NCBI GenBank assembly: GCA_017473605.1
Contig: JAFUKM010000008.1
Coordinates: forward strand, 26,881 to 90,880
DNA: 64,000 nucleotides
Direction: 5' to 3'
From: Clostridia bacterium
GTDB taxonomy: Bacteria > Bacillota > Clostridia > Christensenellales > Borkfalkiaceae
Shown: one piece after another, positions 45,414 to 54,670 of the stretch
Position numbering within the stretch: position 1 is the first letter of the stretch
Layout of the letters: each line of letters begins with the position of its first letter
Program-made: the position numbers and the translations under genes
The notes under the pieces: model-generated
The model's database searches: none
What the model was told of the DNA's origin: nothing
The model's input: the letters and a program-made list of their open reading frames with translations, nothing else

Positions 45414-46439
45414 ATGATTACTTACGAAGAACAAAAGAAGCTGTTGCAAGAAATCAAACAACGCCCCGACGTGAAGAAATTGCATACGGCGGCGAAAATT
45501 TGTCAAACAATAGGAACGATTTCGTTTATCGTCGGCATTGGTTTTGTGTTGTGGATTGTCGGGGATATTCTTGCGAAAAAGAGCGAAGAGCGCATCAATC
45601 AAATTTTGGCGATAGAAACGGCAGAACGGGAAAAGGCAAAAGAAACGCCCGAAATATCCGAAACTCCGACGGAAGAAGCGGCGGCAAACGCGGAAGAATA
45701 CGTGGAAAAATCCGTTACGGAAAAACAACAGTCGGTAGAAGGCAACGACGGATTGTTTTCATCGGCAAAAGAAGACGAAAAAGACGAAGAACAAGCAAGA
45801 GTGGAGCGTTTGGTCAGTTTGTCTAAAAAGAACAACGTGATGGGTGTTCTTGTGAACGGTATTTTCTTTTTTTCTTGCATTTTACTGTTTTTTATGCCGA
45901 TAGGGAAAGTGTTGGGTATTGCCAATATCAGCGTGTTTGATTTGGTAAAAGACAGGATACAAAACGGAACGGCAAGCTTGCTGTATTCTTTGGACGTTTG
46001 GTGGGTGGATTTTTTTTGTATTATGTTTTGTGTTATAGGAATTGTCTGTGGCATAGCGAGTATTGTGACGTTGATTGCTGCGCTTGTAGGCAGCGGAGAA
46101 AAAGCCATACGCGAAACCAAAGGGCAAATAATAGGGGAATTGACGATACAAGAGTTGCGTAGCAGTAACGTTACGACGGGTTCGCTGACAATGCTCATTT
46201 TTATGCTTATTGCTTGGGCTATAATATTGTTTTTTCCGATTGCTTTTTTGGTGGAGATGAAAGGGCTTGTAAGCGTAAATATTTTTACGGCGGTTATCAT
46301 TGGTTTGCTTTTTGTGGTAGATTATATTGTCGTGATAGCTAATAGCGTATTCAATTTGACAAATAAAAAAGATATGCAACTGATTTCCGGTATCGGTTTT
46401 TCTTACAATCGTTACAAACGGTATCAACGCTTAAAATAA
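45414..46439 (+). CDS. polytopic membrane protein of unknown function (341 aa)
   Basis: AAAGGAGAAGG directly upstream of ATG 45414. One N-terminal TM, an acidic linker, then about 5 TM segments. Lower G+C than its flanks. Confidence 0.6.
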   Translation: MITYEEQKKLLQEIKQRPDVKKLHTAAKICQTIGTISFIVGIGFVLWIVGDILAKKSEERINQILAIETAEREKAKETPEISETPTEEAAANAEEYVEKSVTEKQQSVEGNDGLFSSAKEDEKDEEQARVERLVSLSKKNNVMGVLVNGIFFFSCILLFFMPIGKVLGIANISVFDLVKDRIQNGTASLLYSLDVWWVDFFCIMFCVIGIVCGIASIVTLIAALVGSGEKAIRETKGQIIGELTIQELRSSNVTTGSLTMLIFMLIAWAIILFFPIAFLVEMKGLVSVNIFTAVIIGLLFVVDYIVVIANSVFNLTNKKDMQLISGIGFSYNRYKRYQRLK

Positions 46440-46535
46440 ATTTACAAAATCCGTTGAAAAATTAACTCGTACGCGCGTGCGGGTTATTTTTTTATTAAAA
46501 AAATACAAAAAGGGGAAAAAGAAAGGGCAATAGTA

Positions 46536-46564
46536 CTTGAAATTTTCATTTTTATTTGCTATAA
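46536..46564 (+). promoter_or_regulatory. sigma-A type promoter of yicC-gmk-rpoZ
   Basis: TTGAAA, 17-nt spacer, TATAAT. Confidence 0.6.
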
Positions 46565-46614
46565 TAATGTAGCTTATACAATGGGCTAAAATTGGCGCAA
46601 GGGGATAAACGCGT

Positions 46615-47490
46615 ATGTGGAGTATGACGGGCTACGGCAAGGGAACGTATGAAGAGGGCGGCGTAGAGCTGACTTGTGAAATGAAAACGGTGAATAACCG
46701 TTATTTGGACGTTACCGTAAAAGCGCCGAGAATTTTCGCCGCATACGAAGAAATTATCCGTGGCAAGGTGCGTGAAAAGATGACGCGCGGACACGTGGAC
46801 TTGTTCGTGTCGTTTAAAGACAAGAGAGAAAAGGAAACGGCGCTCTCTATCGATATGGCGGTGGCGGCTTCCTACGTGGCGGCGGCAAAGCAAATGAAAG
46901 CGGCTTTCCCCGATTTGACGGACGATATCACCCTTTCTTCCGTACTTCGTTATCCCGAAGTGTTGAAACAAGACGACGTGCAAACGCTGGACGAAACGCT
47001 TATCAACGCGCTTTATGCCGCTTTGGAACAGGCTCTTGAAAATCTCAACGAAATGCGGCTTGTTGAAGGGGAGAAATTGCAAGCGGATATGCTCTCTCGC
47101 GTGGATACGATTGAAACGCTCGTGGGGCAAATTGCCGAACGCGCGCCGTTGATTGCCCAAGAGCATAAGGACAAAATTTTCGCGCGGGTACAGGAGTATT
47201 TGGACGGGGCGAATATCGACGAGGGGCGCATTTTAACCGAAGTGGCGGTGTTTGCCGATAAGAGCAATATCGACGAAGAGCTCACCCGTTTGCGCTCGCA
47301 TATCGGACAATTCAGAGAGATTTGCAAAGAGGGCGTCGTGGGTAGAAAGCTCGATTTTTTGGTGCAAGAGTTTAACCGCGAAGCGAATACGACTTGTTCC
47401 AAGAGCAACGACGTAACGATTACCAAGCTTGGGTTGGCGCTCAAAAACGAGATTGAGAAAATCCGCGAACAAGTACAAAATATCGAATAA
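46615..47490 (+). CDS. yicC: YicC-family stress-induced protein
   Basis: SMTGYG N-terminus and DUF1732-type C-terminus (EANT..SK). Confidence 0.88.
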   Translation: MWSMTGYGKGTYEEGGVELTCEMKTVNNRYLDVTVKAPRIFAAYEEIIRGKVREKMTRGHVDLFVSFKDKREKETALSIDMAVAASYVAAAKQMKAAFPDLTDDITLSSVLRYPEVLKQDDVQTLDETLINALYAALEQALENLNEMRLVEGEKLQADMLSRVDTIETLVGQIAERAPLIAQEHKDKIFARVQEYLDGANIDEGRILTEVAVFADKSNIDEELTRLRSHIGQFREICKEGVVGRKLDFLVQEFNREANTTCSKSNDVTITKLGLALKNEIEKIREQVQNIE

Positions 47491-47504
47491 ACGGAAAGAA
47501 GAAG

Positions 47505-48062
47505 ATGAAAGGAAAACTTATCGTAGTAAGCGGACCGTCGGGCGTTGGAAAAGGGACGATAGTAAAAACGCTGGTAGGGCGTAGAGCGGACGTCGTGGAA
47601 TCGGTTTCCTGCACGACGCGCGCGCCACGCACGGGCGAAGTGCACGGCAGGGAATATTTCTTTTTAAGCAAAGAAGAATTTACGCGCCGTATCAGCGAAA
47701 ACGATTTTTTGGAATACGACGAGCATTTCGGTAATTTTTACGGTACGCCAAAATCGTTCGTAAGAGAGATGTTAAAAGAAAAGCACGTGATTTTGGAAAT
47801 CGACGTGGTGGGGGCGCTCAATGCGAAAAAGGCGTTTCCCGAAAGCGTACTCGTGATGATAGCGCCGCCGTCGGTGGAAGAGCTTAAACGCCGTCTAATA
47901 GGGCGCGGCACGGAAACGGACGAAGAGATAGAAAACCGTTTAAAACGGCTCGATTACGAGTTGTCTAAAAAAGACCAATACGATTACGTGGTTATCAACG
48001 ACAATTTGGAAGAAGCGATAGCGCGGCTTTCGGATATCGTGGATAACGGCAAATCGAAATAA
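47505..48062 (+). CDS. gmk: guanylate kinase
   Basis: GPSGVGKGT P-loop and TTRAPR.GE..G..Y.F. Confidence 0.95.
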   Translation: MKGKLIVVSGPSGVGKGTIVKTLVGRRADVVESVSCTTRAPRTGEVHGREYFFLSKEEFTRRISENDFLEYDEHFGNFYGTPKSFVREMLKEKHVILEIDVVGALNAKKAFPESVLVMIAPPSVEELKRRLIGRGTETDEEIENRLKRLDYELSKKDQYDYVVINDNLEEAIARLSDIVDNGKSK

Positions 48063-48092
48063 ATATGGAAAAATAAAGGAGTGTAAATAAAT

Positions 48093-48314
48093 ATGATTAA
48101 CGAACCTTCTGTAGACGTAATGATTAGAAAGCTGGGAACGGAAGAAGAACCCATTAGCCGTTACGCGCTTTGCACGGTTGCGGCGAAACGCGCGCGCCAA
48201 ATCATCGAAACGGAAAAGAACGCAGGTATTACCGATTCGATGGGAAAGGACAAAGAATTGCTTTCCGCTTGCAAGGATATTGCGGACGGTAAAGTGGTTA
48301 TCGCAAAAGACTAA
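48093..48314 (+). CDS. rpoZ: DNA-directed RNA polymerase subunit omega
   Basis: SRYALCTVAAKRARQI. 73 aa. Syntenic after gmk. Confidence 0.9.
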   Translation: MINEPSVDVMIRKLGTEEEPISRYALCTVAAKRARQIIETEKNAGITDSMGKDKELLSACKDIADGKVVIAKD

Positions 48315-48315
48315 C

Positions 48316-48350
48316 AAAAAATTGCCCTGCTTGCGTAGGGCAATTTTTTA
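48316..48350 (+). terminator. rho-independent terminator
   Basis: Stem ATTGCCCT / AGGGCAAT followed by TTTTT. Confidence 0.8.
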
Positions 48351-48552
48351 GTGCGGCGAGCCGCCGCTCCCAAATCTTTCTATCTTTCCACAACGCTTAT
48401 AAGTAGCGTTATCGTGAATAAATAGAAATATAAGCCTTAACTTTTTGTTCGCTTGCGGACAAAAAACTTCACTTTCCGCCTCGCGGAAAACTTCACTTGA
48501 TTTATCAAACTTCACTTTTGCCCAAAGGGCAAAAACTTCACTTCATTAAGAG
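48351..48552 (+). repeat. full-length modular repeat element (archetype)
   Basis: Hairpin 48353-67, core 48370-88, hairpin 48442-65, and AACTTCACT at 48465, 48489, 48508 and 48534. It ends 12 nt before the priA ATG. Confidence 0.9.
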
Positions 48553-48563
48553 GTAAAAAACGT

Positions 48564-50738
48564 ATGATAGCGGAAGTCATCGTCGATATCGCGGCGAGTG
48601 AAACGGACAGAATATTCGATTATCTCTGCGACGAAGATACCGTCGTCGGCAGCCGCGTCCGCGCGCCCTTTGGCGGTAAAACCGTTACGGGCTTCGTTAT
48701 GCGCTTAAAGGAAACTTCCGATTATCCGATAGAGAAATTGAAAAAAATACTGCCCACCAGCGACGAATTGCCTGCGCTCAATAAAGAGTGCTTGGCTCTT
48801 GCAGAAAAGCTGACGGTGCGCTACCGCGTACCCAAAGCGCTTACGCTCCGATTGTTTTTGCCAACGGAAATGCGTACGGGTAAGGTTAGACAGCTACTTC
48901 GGAATTATGCCGAACTTACGGTGGCGCTTGCGGAAATGAAGCTTTCCAAAACGGCGAAAAACCAAACGGGCGCGGCGGAATATTTGGCGCAACACGGCAA
49001 GAGCGATTGCGCATATCTCAACGGTATTTACCCGGGCGGCGTAAGCGGCTTGGAAAAGAAAGGGTACGTCCGTATCACGCAGGAACAAATCTTGCGCGAC
49101 CCGTATAAAAGCGTGGAAGGGGCGCACGTAAAACGTACGCTGACGGACGAGCAGGAACGTGCGGTGCAAACGATTCGCACGGATAAGCGGACGGTACAGC
49201 TTTTGCACGGCGTTACGGGCAGCGGAAAAACGGAAATTTATTTGACCTTGATTGCCGAGTGTCTGCAAAAGGGACAAGGCTCGATTTTTCTTGTTCCCGA
49301 AATTTCGTTGACACCGCAAATGCTCTCTCAGCTTCGCGCAAGGTTCGGCAAAAACGCGGCGATATTGCATAGCGGACTTTCCGCAGGGGAAAGATTCGAC
49401 GAGTGGTGGCGGCTGCGCACGGGTGAAGCGAAAATTGCCATCGGGGCAAGAAGCGCGATTTTCGCGCCGATGGAAAATCTCGGCGTGATTATCATCGACG
49501 AAGAACACGATTCGAGTTATTCGAGCGAATCCGCGCCAAGATACAACACCTTTGACGTGGCGCTGCTTCGCGCGAAGAAAAACGGTTGTAAATTGGTTTT
49601 GGGTAGCGCGACGCCGTCGGTAGAAACGTATAAAAAGGCGAAAGACGGGGAAATTTCTTTAATCCGTTTGGAAAAGCGTATCAACCGCCGCCCGTTGCCC
49701 GAAATCATTATTTCGGATATGCGCCGAGAAGTGCGTCGGGGGAATAATTCTTCCTTTTCCACAGCGCTTAAAGAAGAGATAGAAAAATGCCTTGCAACCG
49801 ACAAACAGGCGATTTTGTTCTTGAACCGCAGGGGGTATTCCCAAACGGTTATTTGTAAAGAGTGCGGTTTCGTGGCGAAATGCGAGCATTGCGACGTGTC
49901 GCTTACCTATCATAGGGACGAAGATACGCTCAAATGCCATTATTGCGGTATGCGCTATTCCATGCTTTCCGCTTGTCCCGATTGCGGCGGGAAGAAGCTC
50001 ACTTACGCTGGCACGGGGACGCAAAGGATAGTGGCGGAACTGCAAAAGTTATACCCGTCGGCGCGTATTTTGCGTATGGATAACGACACGACGAGCGGTA
50101 AAGAAGGGCATTATAAAATCTTAAAGGCGTTTGCCGAGAAAAAGGCGGATATCCTTGTAGGCACGCAAATGATAGCAAAGGGGCACGATTTCCCGTCCGT
50201 TACGCTTGTGGGGATTTTGGACGCAGATATGAGCTTGCATTTCTCCGATTACAGAAGCGGTGAAAGAACCTTTCAACTTTTGACGCAGGTGGCGGGCAGA
50301 AGCGGTAGAGCGGAAGAAAAGGGGAAAGTGGTATTGCAAACGTTCGACCCCGAAAACGAAGTGTTGCGCTATGCAACGTCGTACGATTACGAAGGGTTTT
50401 ACAAAAACGAAATATCCCTTCGCGCGGCGATGATGTTTCCGCCCTTTTCCAAAATCGTTCGGGTTTTGGTGACGGGCGAAGACGATAAAAAGACGTTGGA
50501 AGCGCTAAAAGAAGCGTACTTCGCTTTGGAGAAGTTATATACGGAAAATCCTGAAAAGTTCTTATTTTTCAATAAAATGCGTTCCCCGATAAAACGGATA
50601 CAAAACAAGCACCGCTATCAAGTGTTGATGCGGCTTTGCGATACGGGCATATTGCCCGACGTTTATGAGATTTGCGCACAGGCAAGAACGAAAGACGTGT
50701 TGGTAAGCGTGGAGGAAAATCCCGTGAATTTGAGCTAA
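48564..50738 (+). CDS. priA: primosomal protein N' (replication restart helicase PriA)
   Basis: GVTGSGKTE, DEEHD and four CxxC zinc-binding pairs. Confidence 0.95.
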   Translation: MIAEVIVDIAASETDRIFDYLCDEDTVVGSRVRAPFGGKTVTGFVMRLKETSDYPIEKLKKILPTSDELPALNKECLALAEKLTVRYRVPKALTLRLFLPTEMRTGKVRQLLRNYAELTVALAEMKLSKTAKNQTGAAEYLAQHGKSDCAYLNGIYPGGVSGLEKKGYVRITQEQILRDPYKSVEGAHVKRTLTDEQERAVQTIRTDKRTVQLLHGVTGSGKTEIYLTLIAECLQKGQGSIFLVPEISLTPQMLSQLRARFGKNAAILHSGLSAGERFDEWWRLRTGEAKIAIGARSAIFAPMENLGVIIIDEEHDSSYSSESAPRYNTFDVALLRAKKNGCKLVLGSATPSVETYKKAKDGEISLIRLEKRINRRPLPEIIISDMRREVRRGNNSSFSTALKEEIEKCLATDKQAILFLNRRGYSQTVICKECGFVAKCEHCDVSLTYHRDEDTLKCHYCGMRYSMLSACPDCGGKKLTYAGTGTQRIVAELQKLYPSARILRMDNDTTSGKEGHYKILKAFAEKKADILVGTQMIAKGHDFPSVTLVGILDADMSLHFSDYRSGERTFQLLTQVAGRSGRAEEKGKVVLQTFDPENEVLRYATSYDYEGFYKNEISLRAAMMFPPFSKIVRVLVTGEDDKKTLEALKEAYFALEKLYTENPEKFLFFNKMRSPIKRIQNKHRYQVLMRLCDTGILPDVYEICAQARTKDVLVSVEENPVNLS

Positions 50739-50935
50739 ATTTTTACGCTATGCGTAAAAGTGAAGTAGGTCTAACGAAAAGTGGAGTTTTTTGTCCGTTT
50801 CTCGGACAAAAAGTTATTGCAAATATAAATAATAGCCACAACTGCAACCAAAGGTTGCAACTTCACTTTAACGTGGTTAAAACTTCACTGCGAAGCAACT
50901 TCACTACGCTGTGGGCGTAACTTCACATATATAAA
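50739..50935. repeat. composite head-to-head pair of repeat elements
   Basis: Left arm inverted (AGTGAAGTa 50759, AGTGgAGTT 50780, hairpin 50787-50815). Right arm forward (AACTTCACT 50859, 50881, 50897; AACTTCACa 50919). Confidence 0.85.
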
Positions 50936-50947
50936 GGAGAAAAAACT

Positions 50948-51400
50948 ATGGCAATCAGAAACGTAGTACAAGTTGGCGACGACGTATTAAGACAAAAATG
51001 TTTCCCTGTGGAAACGTTCGACGAGTCGCTTTGGAAGCTTTTAGACGATATGAAAGATACGGTAAAAAAGGAAGAAGGCGCAGGTCTTGCCGCGCCGCAG
51101 GTTGGTGTACTCCGTCGTGTATGCGTGGTGGACGTTGACGACGGCTATTTCGAATTTATCAACCCCGTAATTCTTTCGCAAAAGGGGGAACAGGCAGGCT
51201 GGGAGGGCTGTCTTTCCGTGCGCGGAAAACAGGGCGTGGTCAACCGTCCTATGCGCCTTACCCTTTCCTATCAAGACAGATACGGCGAAAAGCATATCTT
51301 AAAAGCCAAAGGCTTTTTCGCGCGTGCGATTTGCCACGAAACCGACCATTTGGACGGCGTTTTGTACATCGACAAAGCTACGGATATTGAGAGCGTATAA
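50948..51400 (+). CDS. def: peptide deformylase
   Basis: GAGLAAPQVG, EGCLS and HETDHL motifs. Confidence 0.96.
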   Translation: MAIRNVVQVGDDVLRQKCFPVETFDESLWKLLDDMKDTVKKEEGAGLAAPQVGVLRRVCVVDVDDGYFEFINPVILSQKGEQAGWEGCLSVRGKQGVVNRPMRLTLSYQDRYGEKHILKAKGFFARAICHETDHLDGVLYIDKATDIESV

Positions 51401-51403
51401 TCT

Positions 51404-52354
51404 ATGAAAATTCTTTTTGCAGGTACGCCCGATTTTGCGGTGTTGCCTTTAAAAAACATCATTGAAAACGGTTTTAACGTCGTAGGCGTCGTTACGCAGG
51501 CGGATAAACCGCAAGGACGGAAAGGCGTGTTGACGGCGCCTCCCGTCAAAGTTTTTGCGCGTGAAAAGGGGATTCCCGTATTCCAGCCTGCAAAGATAAA
51601 GGACGAAATCAATACGTTGAAAAGCTTTGGCGCGGATATTATGATTACTTGCGCATACGGACAAATTTTAACGCAAGGGGTACTCGATTGTTTTCCCAAA
51701 GGGGTATGGAATATTCACGCAGGTTTGCTCCCTGCCTACCGCGGCGCGTCGCCTATTCAAAGCTGTATCATTAGCGGCGAAACGGAAACGGGCGTGTCGA
51801 TTATGCAAACGGAATTGGGCTTGGATTGCGGCGATATTTTATGCGTGGAAAAGACGGAAATTTCGCCTGACGAAACGTACGGTCAGCTTTCGGACAGGCT
51901 TTCGATTATCGGCGCGGATTTGATTGTAAAAGCACTGAAACTGCTTGAAACAGGCGATTATACTTTGGTAAAGCAAGCGGAAACGGGCGTCAACGTCGTA
52001 CGGAAAATAGGGAAAGAACAGGGGAAGATTGACTTTACGAAAACGGCGCGCGAAATCGTTGATTTGGTGCGCGGTATGAACCCCGCGCCTGTTGCTTATA
52101 CGCAAGTAAACGATTTGAAAATCAACGTATATCTTGCAGAAAAAGCAGTGCTTACAGACGAAGAAAAAGCGGCGTGGACGCAAGCAGTTTGCGGCGAAGT
52201 GCTTTCGGATAAAGTGAAAAGGGGGCTTATCGTCAAATGCGGCGACGGTGCGGTAAAATTGTTGCAGGTGCAAGCGGCGGGCGGTAAGATAATGAGCGGA
52301 AACGATTTTCTCAACGGCAGAAAGGCGCAAAAGGGGCAGGTTTTCGTATGTTGA
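51404..52354 (+). CDS. fmt: methionyl-tRNA formyltransferase
   Basis: MKILFAGTPDFAV, HAGLLPAYRGASPIQ. Confidence 0.95.
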   Translation: MKILFAGTPDFAVLPLKNIIENGFNVVGVVTQADKPQGRKGVLTAPPVKVFAREKGIPVFQPAKIKDEINTLKSFGADIMITCAYGQILTQGVLDCFPKGVWNIHAGLLPAYRGASPIQSCIISGETETGVSIMQTELGLDCGDILCVEKTEISPDETYGQLSDRLSIIGADLIVKALKLLETGDYTLVKQAETGVNVVRKIGKEQGKIDFTKTAREIVDLVRGMNPAPVAYTQVNDLKINVYLAEKAVLTDEEKAAWTQAVCGEVLSDKVKRGLIVKCGDGAVKLLQVQAAGGKIMSGNDFLNGRKAQKGQVFVC

Positions 52355-53589
52355 GCAATCCCGTTTACGACCCCTTTCAAATATTGACGAAAATCTATCA
52401 AGGCGGCGCGCACGTCAAGCAAGCGATAACCGATACGTATATCGAAGAACAGTACCGTTCGCGCACCGTTAAAATCGTGTACGGCGTACTCGAAAACGAC
52501 GGCTATTTGGAGTTTTGTATCAAGAGCAATACAGATAAATCTCCCAAGCCCGTCGTGCGGATTTTATTGAAAATTTCGCTGTATATGCTGTTGTTTATGG
52601 ATAAAAAACGGTATATGGTTACCGATTGCGCCGTCAGTCTTTGCAAAAAACTGGGCAAGAGCGGCGTCAGCGGTTTCGTCAATGCGTTTTTGCGCCGTTT
52701 TGACAAAGAAGAAACGGACAGCAAGTTGCCAAAAGGTAACGTAGGAGAAGCCATTGCGCGTTCTTATCCTTTATACGCATACGAGTGGTTGAAAAAGGAA
52801 TACGGCGATAGGGCAAAAGATATCGCTTCGGCAAAAAGCAAAGGCGTAAGCGTGCGTTTTGAAAGTAACGCAGAAAATTACTTGTCCAAAACGCATTTTG
52901 TGACGCCGTTTTCGGCAAAATACGGAAATTATATCTTTGATAATTTCGTGCGCGACGAAAGGTTTGATAAAGGGGAATATACCTTTCAATCGATAGGTAG
53001 TATCGCCATTTGCGATTGCGTTTCCCCGTGCGAAAAACTGCTTGACGCGTGCGCCGCGCCGGGCGGGAAATCGGTGCTTTTGTCCAAGCAATGTAAAAGC
53101 GTAACTTCGTTTGAATTGCACGAACACCGCGTGGCGTTAATCGGGCAATATAAGCGGCGTATGGGCGTGAAAAACGTAACGGAAACACAAAAGGACAGCG
53201 GCGTTTTCGACGGCGCATACGAAGAGCAATTCGACGGCGTTTTATGCGACGTACCCTGTTCGGGGTTCGGTACGGTCAGCGAGAACCCGGATATCAAACA
53301 TTTCCGTAAAAAAGAAGATTTCGCGGCGCTGGAAAAGGCGCAAAAAGCCATTTTGCAAACGTGTAGTAAGTACGTGAAAAGGGGTGGCGCGCTGTATTAT
53401 TCCACCTGTTCGCTTTTTGAAAGCGAGAACGATAAAATCGTAGGGTGGTTTTTGCAAAACAATCCCGAATACGAAATTGCGATAATCGACAGCCCGCTTT
53501 GCCACGACAAGAAAAAATACGGTTTGCAGTTTTTGCCCGATACGGCGTTCGGCGCAGGTTTTTACGTTTGTAAAATGATTAGGAAATAA
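52348..53589 (+). CDS. rsmB: 16S rRNA (cytosine-C5)-methyltransferase RsmB/Sun family
   Basis: DACAAPGGKS, DVPCSGFGT and YSTCS motifs. It overlaps fmt by 7 nt. Confidence 0.85.
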   Translation: MLSNPVYDPFQILTKIYQGGAHVKQAITDTYIEEQYRSRTVKIVYGVLENDGYLEFCIKSNTDKSPKPVVRILLKISLYMLLFMDKKRYMVTDCAVSLCKKLGKSGVSGFVNAFLRRFDKEETDSKLPKGNVGEAIARSYPLYAYEWLKKEYGDRAKDIASAKSKGVSVRFESNAENYLSKTHFVTPFSAKYGNYIFDNFVRDERFDKGEYTFQSIGSIAICDCVSPCEKLLDACAAPGGKSVLLSKQCKSVTSFELHEHRVALIGQYKRRMGVKNVTETQKDSGVFDGAYEEQFDGVLCDVPCSGFGTVSENPDIKHFRKKEDFAALEKAQKAILQTCSKYVKRGGALYYSTCSLFESENDKIVGWFLQNNPEYEIAIIDSPLCHDKKKYGLQFLPDTAFGAGFYVCKMIRK

Positions 53590-53594
53590 CCCAA

Positions 53595-54650
53595 ATGAAA
53601 AAGATTTTACAAGATTTGAATTTTGCCGAAACGGAAGCGTTGGTGCTTTCGCTCGGTGAAAAAAAATTCCGAGCCAAACAGCTTTTCGAAGGCTTAACGC
53701 AAGGAAAAGCGATTACGGAAATTTCTTCGCTGTCCAAGGCGTTTAAGGAAAAACTGTGCGAAGAATACGAAGATAGACCCGTGAAGATAAAGGAAACGTT
53801 TTTCTCGTCGGACGGAACGGAAAAATATTTGTTCGAGCTGGCGGACGGAAATCTAATCGAAGGGGTGCTTATGAAATATAAATACGGATATACCCAATGC
53901 GTTTCCACGCAGGTGGGTTGCCGTATGGGTTGTCGATTTTGCGCGTCCACTTTGGGCGGTTTGGTGCGCAATATGACGGCGGGGGAAATACTTTCGCAAA
54001 TTCTCGTAGTCAACGCCCTGCATAAAGCGGACGTACGGGGCAAGGGCGGAGAGGCTCGCGCCGTTACCAACGTAGTGCTTATGGGCAGCGGCGAACCGCT
54101 GGATAATTATGATGAAACGTTGAAATTTTTGAAAAACGTTACGGCGGAAGAAGGACTTTGTATCAGCGCGAGAAACATCTCGCTTTCCACTTGCGGTATC
54201 GTGCCGAAAATGTATAAACTTGCGGACGAGAATATTCCGCTCAATCTCACCGTTTCCTTGCACGCAACGGACGATATTACGCGCGCAAGAACGATGCCCG
54301 TTGCCAAGGCGTATAAGATAGCCGAGATATTAAAAGCTTGCGAATATTACTTTGAGAAAACGGGTAGAAGATACTATTTCGAATACACCCTTATCGACGG
54401 GGAGAATTGTGACGAAACGCACGCGGACGCGCTTGTAAAATTATTGAAAGGCAAGCCCTGCCACGTGAATTTGATACGCTTGAACGAAGTGAAAGAACGG
54501 GAGTTAAAAGCCGTGGACGATAAAAACGCCTACCGTTTTTTGGGCAGGTTGGAAAAGGGCGGGCTTTCCGCTACGCTGCGCCGACAAATCGGCGTGGATA
54601 TAGGCGGCGCTTGCGGTCAACTTCGGGCGAGTTATTTAGCAGAAGAATAA
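53595..54650 (+). CDS. rlmN: 23S rRNA/tRNA (adenine-C2)-methyltransferase RlmN (radical SAM)
   Basis: CRMGCRFCAS cluster motif and GSGEPL. Confidence 0.95.
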   Translation: MKKILQDLNFAETEALVLSLGEKKFRAKQLFEGLTQGKAITEISSLSKAFKEKLCEEYEDRPVKIKETFFSSDGTEKYLFELADGNLIEGVLMKYKYGYTQCVSTQVGCRMGCRFCASTLGGLVRNMTAGEILSQILVVNALHKADVRGKGGEARAVTNVVLMGSGEPLDNYDETLKFLKNVTAEEGLCISARNISLSTCGIVPKMYKLADENIPLNLTVSLHATDDITRARTMPVAKAYKIAEILKACEYYFEKTGRRYYFEYTLIDGENCDETHADALVKLLKGKPCHVNLIRLNEVKERELKAVDDKNAYRFLGRLEKGGLSATLRRQIGVDIGGACGQLRASYLAEE

Positions 54651-54670
54651 ACATACAAAAGGAGTAAGAT

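Noticed and set aside
48461-48545. AACTTCACT arrays as a CRISPR array
   Set aside because: The repeat unit is only 9-12 nt and the spacers are 7-17 nt (many palindromic). There are at most 4 units per locus, both orientations occur, and no cas genes are present.
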